This document shows positions 1 through 8,587 of a stretch of DNA of 32,773 nt, in pieces. Origin of the DNA: Polynucleobacter sp. (GTDB taxonomy: Bacteria > Pseudomonadota > Gammaproteobacteria > Burkholderiales > Burkholderiaceae); contig DAIPIK010000001.1 in assembly GCA_036770845.1 (NCBI GenBank), forward strand, positions 1-32,773, written 5' to 3'. The notes below the pieces were generated by a model. The model saw nothing but the letters and a program-made list of their open reading frames with translations. It ran no database searches and was not told the DNA's origin. The translations under genes were made by a program, and so were the position numbers. Every line of letters begins with the position of its first letter. Position 1 is the first letter of the stretch.

Positions 1-331
<331 letters not shown>

Positions 332-485
332 AATCACTGTGAACCTTGCGGTTCGTCGCACTCATATTAGAAATTGACTTGGTTATAAAACCAAATCTTT
401 TTACTGACATTGAGTACTGTTTATTTACATCTGTCCCGAAGGACTGGATGCGTTCACTCAGTACCCACAATTATCGATTGACTAT

Positions 486-498
486 TTTTTAAAGAGGG
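486..498 (-). promoter_or_regulatory. rrn antitermination boxA (boxC-like TGTGGG just downstream)
   Basis: Minus strand CCCTCTTTAAAAA resembles boxA TGCTCTTTAA(C/A)A; it lies between the promoter and the 16S gene. Confidence 0.7.
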
Positions 499-540
499 CC
501 AAAACGCTTTAAATAAAAAATGTTCCGGCAGAGAGGTGAG

Positions 541-569
541 ACTATGCCATGACTATGGGGGGCTGTCAA
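541..569 (-). promoter_or_regulatory. sigma70 promoter of rRNA operon
   Basis: Minus strand TTGACA (569-564), 17 nt spacer, CATAGT (546-541); AT-rich region upstream. Confidence 0.8.
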
Positions 570-635
570 CACCTTTCGTAGTCTTTTTCTTAATATTTCG
601 ATGTTTTTTTGAAGGTTTATTGAAATACACATACA

Positions 636-648
636 AATCAATAAGTTA
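636..648 (+). promoter_or_regulatory. IHF-binding consensus site between rrn promoter and GNAT gene
   Basis: AATCAATAAGTTA is an exact match to WATCAANNNNTTR. Confidence 0.55.
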
Positions 649-760
649 AGAAAAATTCACATTTGCTGAATTTTTGAGAATCTTTTGTTTTCACATTTCG
701 AGGAAATAAACTAGGGAAAACCCTGATTTATTCCAGCCTTTCTGCTAGAGTGGTCTGATA

Positions 761-1408
761 ATGAAGCCCATGTCCACTGCTGTTGGCACTACAAAGCTAG
801 CAGCCTATCCGGCGACACTGGTTCGCGAGCTTGACGACACCCATCGTGCGGCCGCACTAAGCCATTTTTTGGCCTTAGAGGCTGACGATCGCCACTTGCG
901 CTTTGGCTCGCCCACCTCGGATGCAATCATCGAGCGCTATGTGGCAAATCTGAATTTCAATCGTGATGCGCTGTTTGGTGTTTTTAATGACGCACTGGAT
1001 CTCGTCGGCATTGCACACCTTGCTTATGTACCGTCTGCTAACGACGGCACACGCTCTGCTGAATTTGGAGTTTCTGTATTGCACGATGACCGCCATCGCG
1101 GTCTTGGTGCAGCACTCTTGGCGCGTGCCGCTGTCCATGCACGCAATACGCACATCGATACTTTATTTGTGCATTGCTTGGCGAAAAACAAGGCGATGAT
1201 GCATTTAGCTCACAAGCTTGGTATGCGTGTTGAATTTGCTTATGGCGATGCGGATGCGTATTTAATTTTGCCGCCAGCAAATGCGCAAAGTATTTTGCAT
1301 GAAGCATCGCAAGAACACATGGCAGATCTTGACTACGCCCTTAAGGCGAACCTAAAACAATCCAAACAAATTTGGCGTTGGTTTTATGGAATGCAAAGCC
1401 AGCCATAA
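761..1408 (+). CDS. GNAT family N-acetyltransferase (start may be ATG at 770)
   Basis: DRHLRFG motif, SAEFGVSV..RHRGLGAALL acetyl-CoA motif A, N.AMMHLAHKLGM. Confidence 0.88.
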   Translation: MKPMSTAVGTTKLAAYPATLVRELDDTHRAAALSHFLALEADDRHLRFGSPTSDAIIERYVANLNFNRDALFGVFNDALDLVGIAHLAYVPSANDGTRSAEFGVSVLHDDRHRGLGAALLARAAVHARNTHIDTLFVHCLAKNKAMMHLAHKLGMRVEFAYGDADAYLILPPANAQSILHEASQEHMADLDYALKANLKQSKQIWRWFYGMQSQP

Positions 1409-1434
1409 AAAATGCCCATGCATGCATGGGCATT
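1407..1434 (-). terminator. Intrinsic terminator between convergent GNAT and BON genes
   Basis: Perfect palindrome AATGCCCATGCATGCATGGGCATT (1411-1434) preceded by an A run, giving a U tract on the minus strand. Confidence 0.75.
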
Positions 1435-1456
1435 GGGGGCATAAAACAGGTTTGGG

Positions 1457-2098
1457 TTAATTGTTTACGTTCGTATTGGTTTGCGATCTATCTGCTTTGC
1501 CTTCTTGCTCAAGACGCAGCCTTTCCGCATCTGAAATGATGTCAAAAAATACGAACACTTGTTTTACACCACTAGTATTGCTTGCCACTTTTTTAGCGCG
1601 CTCTGCTTCTGCTTTTGTGAGGATGCCCATGAGATAAACATTACTTGCCTCGACCACAATATTCATCGAGTTGGATGGCAGGTCATTCGTAAAGACCATT
1701 TGTGTTTTGATGCGCGACGCAAGATACGTATCGTTCGCACGTGCAGTAAATGAACTATTAGGCCCAATGATAATTTCATTAAAAACGGATCGCACATTTT
1801 TTAGTTCTTTTACGTACGCGCCCGCTCCACCTTTGATATCCGCGTCTTTTGCTTCGCCCGTCAACAGGACCTTTTGGTTAAATGATGTGACTGTAATGTG
1901 GGCATTATCACCATAGCGCTTAATGAGATGATTGCCCGCCTCTAACTGAATACCGACATCAATTGCTTGCACGCCAGGAGACCTGCGATCGGCAAGAATG
2001 GTGGTGGTTCCGGTTACGGCGCCAACCGCTAATATTCCGCATCCACTTAGTAGCGTTGCTGCCATAAACCCAAGAGACCACTTCATCATGCTCGTCAT
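1457..2098 (-). CDS. dolP: Dual BON-domain lipoprotein (YraP/DolP-like)
   Basis: Lipobox LSGC, DRRS motif, two BON repeats (VLLTGE, VYLMG); directly downstream of gmhA/diaA. Confidence 0.85.
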   Translation of the reverse strand: MTSMMKWSLGFMAATLLSGCGILAVGAVTGTTTILADRRSPGVQAIDVGIQLEAGNHLIKRYGDNAHITVTSFNQKVLLTGEAKDADIKGGAGAYVKELKNVRSVFNEIIIGPNSSFTARANDTYLASRIKTQMVFTNDLPSNSMNIVVEASNVYLMGILTKAEAERAKKVASNTSGVKQVFVFFDIISDAERLRLEQEGKADRSQTNTNVNN

Positions 2099-2110
2099 GT
2101 GATTTCCTTT

Positions 2111-2713
2111 TTAATCTAACAGTAGATGATCAACGCCATCGCAAAGGCTGTGCAGTAAAACCAAATGCGTTTCTTGAATGCGCGCAGTGCGAGTAGATGG
2201 GGCGCACAAATGGACGTCGTGCTCTCCCAAAAGTTGTGCCATTTTTCCACCGCCATTACCGGTAAGCGCAATGACATGCATATCAATTTTTTTCGCGGCT
2301 TCAATGGCGGCAACTACATTTTTTGAGTTTCCTGATGTCGAAATCGCCAACAAGATATCGCCCTTCTTTCCTAGGCCTCGTACTTGCTTGCTAAAAATTT
2401 CATCGTAGTGATAGTCATTGGCAATTGCGGTCAAGATCGACGTGTCGGTAGTGAGCGCTATGGCCGCGAGCTCCCTTCGCTCGCGCTCAAAGCGGCCCAC
2501 CAATTCTGCTGCAAAATGCTGCGCGTCGGCGGCAGATCCACCGTTGCCACAAGCCAATATTTTTCCGCCCGACTGTAAGCAATTGGCCATGGCTACGATA
2601 CCTTTGGCAACATGCTGTGGTAGCAACTTTAGAGCCTCTTGCTTTACAGCAATGCTCTCTACAAAATGCGTGGACGCTCGCTCGCTTAGCCGATTCAGTG
2701 TTTTTGTATCCAT
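2111..2713 (-). CDS. gmhA: SIS-domain phosphoheptose isomerase (GmhA/DiaA family)
   Basis: [31 protein letters not shown] motifs. Confidence 0.9.
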   Translation of the reverse strand: MDTKTLNRLSERASTHFVESIAVKQEALKLLPQHVAKGIVAMANCLQSGGKILACGNGGSAADAQHFAAELVGRFERERRELAAIALTTDTSILTAIANDYHYDEIFSKQVRGLGKKGDILLAISTSGNSKNVVAAIEAAKKIDMHVIALTGNGGGKMAQLLGEHDVHLCAPSTRTARIQETHLVLLHSLCDGVDHLLLD

Positions 2714-2819
2714 GGCAATATTATGCGCTAAACAAAGGCTCTCTTATCGGCTTTATGGTCATCCGCTGTGCGTCATGAATTCCTTCTGTCCGCAGGCTTT
2801 TTTCTGCATAATCAGTTCA

Positions 2820-3725
2820 ATGGTTACTACTCGCATACCCAATACGTGGTCAACTGATTTTCTAAATCAACAAGACTTGCCAGCATCTACTTTGTATATG
2901 GTCGCAACCCCCATTGGAAATTTGGGGGATATTACATTGCGTGCACTCCATGTACTCAATGCTGTAGATGGGATTGCATGCGAGGATACGCGCCACAGTG
3001 CGCCCTTGCTAAATCACTTTGGTATTCATAAAAAATGCGTTGCGTTGCATGCCCATAATGAAGCCGCTGCATCGGAGGTCCTGATTGGAAACCTACAACA
3101 GGGCGAGCGCTGGGCCTACATATCGGATGCGGGCACGCCGGGCGTGTCTGACCCAGGAGCCCGCCTTGCCTCTGCTGTTGGTTTAGCTGGATTTCGGGTT
3201 GTCCCAATACCGGGGGCGAGTGCAGTTTCTTGCGCCGTATCGGTAGGGGGTTCGGCACTTCTCCCCTCAGATGGACAGTTTCAGTTCCTCGGCTTTTGGC
3301 CTCACAAATTGCGTGACCAGGAAGAATGGCTTCGGCAAATTGCCCATTGCAGCAAGGCGACCGTCTTTTTTGAATCCCCGCATCAGATTGCAAATACCCT
3401 GCGCAAGCTAGCGACCTGTCTTGACGATAGCCGAATGGTAATGGTGGGGCGGGAGCTGACAAAAAAATTTGAGCAAGTTGTGCACCTCAGGCCCAGTCAG
3501 CTCTCAAACTGGTTAAGTACGGCCGATAGCCTAAAAGGTGAATTTATTGTCCTTATTTCGGCGTGTGCGCAAAGCAGCAATACGCCAGCCAGTCATGCAG
3601 AAATGTTGCGCTGGGTGGCCGCACTCAAGCCCTTCTTGGGCAGCAAAGAAGTGGCGAACGTCATCGCTACCATTGCCGGCATACCAAAAAAAGAGGCCTA
3701 TCAGCTGGCGCTGGAGGGGAAATAA
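2820..3725 (+). CDS. rsmI: 16S rRNA (cytidine1402-2'-O)-methyltransferase
   Basis: LYMVATPIGNLGDITLRA, CEDTR, SDAGTPGVSDPG, FESPH, RELTKKFE; start taken as ATG 2820 to avoid overlapping gmhA. Confidence 0.93.
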   Translation: MVTTRIPNTWSTDFLNQQDLPASTLYMVATPIGNLGDITLRALHVLNAVDGIACEDTRHSAPLLNHFGIHKKCVALHAHNEAAASEVLIGNLQQGERWAYISDAGTPGVSDPGARLASAVGLAGFRVVPIPGASAVSCAVSVGGSALLPSDGQFQFLGFWPHKLRDQEEWLRQIAHCSKATVFFESPHQIANTLRKLATCLDDSRMVMVGRELTKKFEQVVHLRPSQLSNWLSTADSLKGEFIVLISACAQSSNTPASHAEMLRWVAALKPFLGSKEVANVIATIAGIPKKEAYQLALEGK

Positions 3726-3756
3726 AAAACCGGCCAATAGGCCGGCCTGTTTATTT
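3725..3756. terminator. Probable bidirectional terminator between rsmI and cytochrome c5
   Basis: A run, CCGGCC-AATA-GGCCGG stem-loop (3730-3745), T-rich tail; flanking genes converge. Confidence 0.65.
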
Positions 3757-3764
3757 GAGGCTGC

Positions 3765-4292
3765 TTACTTTGCGGCAGCGGCGGCTGGAGCTGCTGCCGG
3801 CGCTTTGGGCTCGGGGAATTTACCGCCCGCGGAGGCGGTTAAATAAACCACAGATAGGCCTAGCTCATAGTCGCTGATATCGGCAGGATTTGCGCCGCCG
3901 CGGGCTGGCATAGCGCCCTTGCCTTTAATCACCGAAGTTAAAAGCGCATCGTAGCCTTTGCCCAGCCTGGCAGACCAGTCGCCTGCGTTATTGAAACGGG
4001 GGGCGCCAGCAGCGCCATTGGCGTGGCATGAGGCACATGCCGCCTTATAAACTGCTGCGCCCGTCTTCATTTCCCGGGGCGCATTTGCGTCGCGAAAATC
4101 CAGCTGGGCCACCGGCTTAATGAGCTGACTGGCCGATTTAGCGGCCTCTTCGGCATCTCCGCCGGTTCGTTTGCTGTTATCAACATAAACCATTAATAAC
4201 AAAATCACTATTAACGGTACAAAAAAGCTGACAAACACCATGATGATGAGTTGTTTGGGTGACTTAATCAGACTGCCGTGGTCATTGCTCAT
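3765..4292 (-). CDS. Membrane-anchored cytochrome c5 (single haem)
   Basis: N-terminal TM helix, CASCH haem motif, GAAGAP..W..R, GKGAMPARGG axial Met; Ala/Pro tail. Confidence 0.9.
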   Translation of the reverse strand: MSNDHGSLIKSPKQLIIMVFVSFFVPLIVILLLMVYVDNSKRTGGDAEEAAKSASQLIKPVAQLDFRDANAPREMKTGAAVYKAACASCHANGAAGAPRFNNAGDWSARLGKGYDALLTSVIKGKGAMPARGGANPADISDYELGLSVVYLTASAGGKFPEPKAPAAAPAAAAAK

Positions 4293-4399
4293 GTTGGAGT
4301 GAACTTATTGGTTTGGGGGTTAAAAAATAGACTGTTGCGATTATAGCGAGTGGTTTTTGATGCAGCCACTTACAATAGGGCCTAGTTTCCACATTCTTG

Positions 4400-4475
4400 G
4401 CGCCCGTAGCTCAGTGGATAGAGTATTGGCCTCCGAAGCCAAGGGTCGCAGGTTCGATTCCTGCCGGGCGCACCA
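4400..4475 (+). tRNA. tRNA-Arg (anticodon CCG)
   Basis: GCGCCCG/CGGGCGC acceptor stem, TTGGC-CTCCGAA-GCCAA anticodon arm, GGTTCGATTCC T loop, encoded CCA; 76 nt; TACAAT at 4371-4376 upstream. Confidence 0.97.
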
Positions 4476-4556
4476 GCAAATGGTGCTTTTGATCTAGGTC
4501 ATGCAGAATTAGTTGAAAACCTCTATTATTCATGGAATTAACTACTGATAAATACT

Positions 4557-5699
4557 GTGTCTACCCATCTAAACTCCACACTTACTGATCCGTCAATTGT
4601 TGCGCCATTAGCGCCAACGGAGCCCTTGCCACACCGCAAAATCATTCGGAGCTGGCTGATTCCTATGGCAGAAGGCCAAACCGGCAGAGCATTGTTGCTC
4701 TTATTTATCGATGCTGCCCTCTGGATTGGGGCGATTGCAGCCACTATATTTGTTGAAAGCATCATCCTTAAAATCGTATTTGGCGTGATCGCCGGCTTTG
4801 TTACCGGCCGCATCTTCATCTTAGGGCACGATGCCTGCCACCAGAGCTTTACGCCAAACCGCGAACTCAATAAAGTACTGGGCCGCATTGCCTTTTTACC
4901 CTCACTCACACCTTACAGTCTGTGGGACGTGGGTCACAATGTCGTTCACCATGGACAAACCAATTTAAAAGGCTTTGATTTCGTGTGGGCACCGCTTTCA
5001 AAGGCGGAATTCGACGCCCTGCCAGGATGGCGTAAAAGCCTTGAGCGCCTTTACCGTAGCGGCTGGGGGCCGGTTTTCTATTATTTAATTGAGATTTGGT
5101 GGAGACGCGAGTACTTCCCCAATGCGCAGAATAAGCCGGGCGACCGTCCGATTTTCCTCAGAGACAACCTCTTGGTGACCGGCTTTGCGATTATCTGGAT
5201 TGCTTGCCTGATCGCAGGTGCCCTCGCAACCGGCCAGTCGGTTTGGATTGGCCTATTAACTGGATTTGTGCTGCCTTTCTTGTTTTGGAACGGGATGATC
5301 GGCTTTGTTGTCTACGTACACCATACCCACCCTTCGGTCTCTTGGTATGACAAAAAGTCCGAATGGCTGCGCGCGCAGCCCTTTGTGTCAACTACGGTAC
5401 ACCTGACTTTTGGCTTTTACTGGGGCGCCTTAATGCACCACATCATGGAGCACACCGCCCACCATGTCGATATGAGCGTCCCCCTATATCGCCTCCAAGA
5501 GGCCCAAAACACCCTCGAAACACTACTTCCAGGGCGTATTTTCATTCAAAAATTCTCTTGGAAGTGGTATTTCGATACCGCTCGCAAATGCAAGCTGTAT
5601 GACTTTGAGAATAAGGCCTGGCTGGACTTTGATGGCAATAAAACCGCGGATTCAGTGCGCGTGATGTTGACCCCTGCTCCTGTAGGGCAAACAGGTTAA
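4557..5699 (+). CDS. Membrane fatty acid desaturase
   Basis: Three His boxes HDACH, HNVVHH, HTAHH; TM segments; PLYRL motif after third box; GTG start. Confidence 0.92.
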   Translation: MSTHLNSTLTDPSIVAPLAPTEPLPHRKIIRSWLIPMAEGQTGRALLLLFIDAALWIGAIAATIFVESIILKIVFGVIAGFVTGRIFILGHDACHQSFTPNRELNKVLGRIAFLPSLTPYSLWDVGHNVVHHGQTNLKGFDFVWAPLSKAEFDALPGWRKSLERLYRSGWGPVFYYLIEIWWRREYFPNAQNKPGDRPIFLRDNLLVTGFAIIWIACLIAGALATGQSVWIGLLTGFVLPFLFWNGMIGFVVYVHHTHPSVSWYDKKSEWLRAQPFVSTTVHLTFGFYWGALMHHIMEHTAHHVDMSVPLYRLQEAQNTLETLLPGRIFIQKFSWKWYFDTARKCKLYDFENKAWLDFDGNKTADSVRVMLTPAPVGQTG

Positions 5700-5735
5700 A
5701 ATAGAGCTTTAGTAGATTAGTTGGCCAGCTTACCC

Positions 5736-5921
5736 ATGACTACCACCGCACCCGAATCAACGCAAGATACTTCCCAGAGCTTAAAGTTTTGCTCTTCTTG
5801 CAGTCGAGAAAAGCGCCTCGAAGGCGGAACCTGGATTCCAACAAGCAATCGAAAGCAACGTTGGATTTGCGCAAGCTGCCTATACAACCGGACCCACCGC
5901 ACAGGCTCAGCCAAAACCTAA
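5736..5921 (+). CDS. Small putative zinc-ribbon protein (CSSC...CASC)
   Basis: 61-aa ORF from ATG 5736 (TTG 5721 alternative) with two CxxC motifs: FCSSCSREK...RWICASC. Confidence 0.6.
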   Translation: MTTTAPESTQDTSQSLKFCSSCSREKRLEGGTWIPTSNRKQRWICASCLYNRTHRTGSAKT

Positions 5922-6010
5922 AGCTTTTCCTGGCTGCTCATTTCCGCTGTGGTGTGATTTGATTGAGCCCATTCCATCCCATTTTGTAAAATGCAGCCTG
6001 CACTATTGCA

Positions 6011-6421
6011 ATGCTGACAACCAAACACATGACTAATGCAAAACCCAATTATCTATTTGCCGATACCCATGAGTGGGCAGACCTTCATTCGGATGGTGTG
6101 GTGTGGGTAGGCATTAGCGATCACGCACAAATCGCATTGGGTGATGTTGTTTTTCTTGAGACTCCCGCTGTTGGGGCCATCGTTGAGCAAGGTAAGGCAT
6201 GTGCTGTCATTGAGTCGGTGAAAGCAGCCAGTGATATTCATGCTCCCGTATCCGGAACCGTGGTTGCAATCAATTCGGCCGCTGTTGATGCGCCTGAATC
6301 GATTAATCAGGACCCCTACGGAACCTGGCTTTTTAAAATCCAAGCCCTTAGTGCTGAAGCACAAACGCAAGAACTTGCGCGCCTTCATCCCCTTGCGCAT
6401 TACGAATCCACATTAAATTAA
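6011..6421 (+). CDS. gcvH: Glycine cleavage system H protein / lipoyl carrier (start may be ATG 6029)
   Basis: HEW, VGISDHAQ..LGDVVF, IESVKAASDI (lipoyl Lys), IN.DPYG.WLFK. Confidence 0.95.
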   Translation: MLTTKHMTNAKPNYLFADTHEWADLHSDGVVWVGISDHAQIALGDVVFLETPAVGAIVEQGKACAVIESVKAASDIHAPVSGTVVAINSAAVDAPESINQDPYGTWLFKIQALSAEAQTQELARLHPLAHYESTLN

Positions 6422-8569
6422 GAGCGGGTCGCGCTCAATCAACCAGCGCACTCGGCTGCCAACGCTGATTCGACCCTGCGATACTCCGCGCAGCGCCTGA
6501 TTGAGCTGCGTTAACGCCTCCTGAAGATTTTTACGGTTATCGCTTTCAATGACAAGCTGAGCTCTTTCCATGCCGCTGACACGCACAATGGTTTTTGGGA
6601 CGGGATCATACATCCGAACTCCGCTTGGAAAATCTGCCTCACTGCGAACTGTTTTTTTGATGTCCGCCAGAAACTGAATTGCGGTACTAATGTTTTTTGC
6701 TTCCGCGTGTATTAGTGCCTGGTAACTATAGGGTGGCAACAATGCGTCTTTGCGTTCTGTCGCGATGTGCCCCAAAAATCCATCGACGTCATGCCCCAAT
6801 ACGTGACGAAAAACAGGCAGGTCGGGATAGCGTGTTTCGATGCAGATCTCGCCTGCGTCCTCCTGATCTTGACTTGCGCGCCCAGCTCGCCCAGCAACCT
6901 GCACGAGCTGTGCAAACAAACGCTCGGCCGCTCTATAGTCCTGCGAGAAAAGTCTACTATCTGCATCGATCACGGCAACCAGGCCGATGTTTTGATAATC
7001 ATGGCCCTTGGCAATCATCTGGGTGCCCACAATGATGTCGGCTGTTCCATCATGTATTTGTTCAAACAGTCCTTCGGCATGGGCGCTTTTTTTACTGCTG
7101 TCTGCATCGATGCGAAGGACTTTTGCCGCTGGCCAGTGTGACTGTATGTAGTCTTCCATCTTTTGGGTGCCCTGCCCAATAGTGCTGAGTTCTGCGTTGC
7201 CGCATTCTGGGCAAAATGGCGGGACCTCTTTTATTAATCCACAGTGGTGGCAGTTCAATACTGCCTTTTTGCCGAGAATGCTTGACTTATGGATCACCAT
7301 GTATGAGGAGCATTTGCTGCACCCGGATAACCAACCACATGCAGAACAACTTAGTATGGGCGCATAACCGCGTCGATTGATTAATACTAGGCTTTGCTTT
7401 TTCTGCAGCATGTTGCGCGTAATGGCATCACGTACCTCAGGCGATATTAGATCTGCCTCACCCTGCGCAGTCCGGGCGGCTGTCTTTTGTAAGCGCACGA
7501 GTTTTACTTTGGGCATGGTCGTACTGAATGCGCGCGCATCAAGCCGAATGCGTTCATAACGCCCATCTTCTGCAGCGAGCCATGTTTCTAAGGACGGCGT
7601 TGCAGACGCCAAGACTACGGGTATTGATAATTGATGGGCTCGCCAAACGCACAAGTCTCTAGCCGAGTAGCGCGTTCCTTCCTGTTGCTTATAGGAAGGG
7701 TCATGCTCTTCATCGACTACGATTGCCTTCAAATTGGGTATTGCCGCCAGTGCGGCTAAACGTGTGCCTAAAATAATTTGGGCCTTGCCTAGGACGGTTT
7801 CTTGCCACGCAATACCGCGGCGCTTTTCAGAAAGTCCGCTGTGCATCACCGCAATGCGCTTATCTGGGAAAAATTCTGCAACGCGTTTTTCAAGTTGCGG
7901 CGTGAGGTTAATCTCTGGAACCAATATCAAGGCCTGAGCATCCTTGCTTTGCAACGCCTCTTTGATCCAGTTCAGGTAAACAGCGGTTTTTCCGGAACCT
8001 GTCTTACCTTGCAATACGATGGTGCGATAGGTTTGAGTGGCACGGGCATCGCCAATTAAATACTTTAGCGCCTTGGCTTGCTCCGGATTGAGCTGATCCT
8101 TTTGAATCCCTGAAAGGGGCGTAGGTTCACTTTGCCCGGGTTGCGATGCTGCTTTCTTCTTGCTGGTTTTTTTACCTGGCTCTATCTCTGTGTCGCGTGA
8201 TTGCTGCTCTAGCGCTTGCCATTTCTTTGGTTTTTTCCAATAGGCTGGTATCGATGGCAAGGCAATTTCACCTAAAGTGCTGAAGTAATACTGGCTAGCA
8301 AAGTTCAGCATCTGTAAGGTCTTGCTGTCCAGCGGTGGTAGGGGTGCCCGTTGATTAACCTTCTTTAATTTAGAATGCTCATAATCTGAGTGATTACTCA
8401 CTTTTATTACTACACCTACTGTATTTATTCTGCCAAAAGGCACTTCTACCAATTGGCCTACCTCAGGCATATCGCCCAGTGCAGCACTATCCCAGATGTA
8501 ATCAAAGCCTTGAACCAGTGGCTTATCGAGCACAACCTGCACATAGTAATGCGGCGGCGGCGCATTCAC
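6413..8569 (-). CDS. priA: Primosomal protein N' (replication restart helicase)
   Basis: GKTGSGKT Walker A, DEEHD, SATPS, NRRGYAP, four CxxC motifs, GTQMIAKGHD, QVAGRAGR; start likely GTG 8569 (ORF open to 8611). Confidence 0.96.
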   Translation of the reverse strand: MNAPPPHYYVQVVLDKPLVQGFDYIWDSAALGDMPEVGQLVEVPFGRINTVGVVIKVSNHSDYEHSKLKKVNQRAPLPPLDSKTLQMLNFASQYYFSTLGEIALPSIPAYWKKPKKWQALEQQSRDTEIEPGKKTSKKKAASQPGQSEPTPLSGIQKDQLNPEQAKALKYLIGDARATQTYRTIVLQGKTGSGKTAVYLNWIKEALQSKDAQALILVPEINLTPQLEKRVAEFFPDKRIAVMHSGLSEKRRGIAWQETVLGKAQIILGTRLAALAAIPNLKAIVVDEEHDPSYKQQEGTRYSARDLCVWRAHQLSIPVVLASATPSLETWLAAEDGRYERIRLDARAFSTTMPKVKLVRLQKTAARTAQGEADLISPEVRDAITRNMLQKKQSLVLINRRGYAPILSCSACGWLSGCSKCSSYMVIHKSSILGKKAVLNCHHCGLIKEVPPFCPECGNAELSTIGQGTQKMEDYIQSHWPAAKVLRIDADSSKKSAHAEGLFEQIHDGTADIIVGTQMIAKGHDYQNIGLVAVIDADSRLFSQDYRAAERLFAQLVQVAGRAGRASQDQEDAGEICIETRYPDLPVFRHVLGHDVDGFLGHIATERKDALLPPYSYQALIHAEAKNISTAIQFLADIKKTVRSEADFPSGVRMYDPVPKTIVRVSGMERAQLVIESDNRKNLQEALTQLNQALRGVSQGRISVGSRVRWLIERDPLLI

Positions 8570-8587
8570 ATTGCCCTGTTGTTCTTC

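Noticed and set aside
2418..2819. 134-aa N-terminal extension of RsmI in the ORF track
   Set aside because: It is antisense to gmhA; RsmI similarity begins only after 2820
3765..3805. GCN-rich repeat at the end of cytochrome c5
   Set aside because: Explained by the Ala/Pro low-complexity tail
4400..6421. Genomic island integrated at tRNA-Arg
   Set aside because: No integrase, no duplicate of the tRNA 3' end found, and no obvious compositional shift
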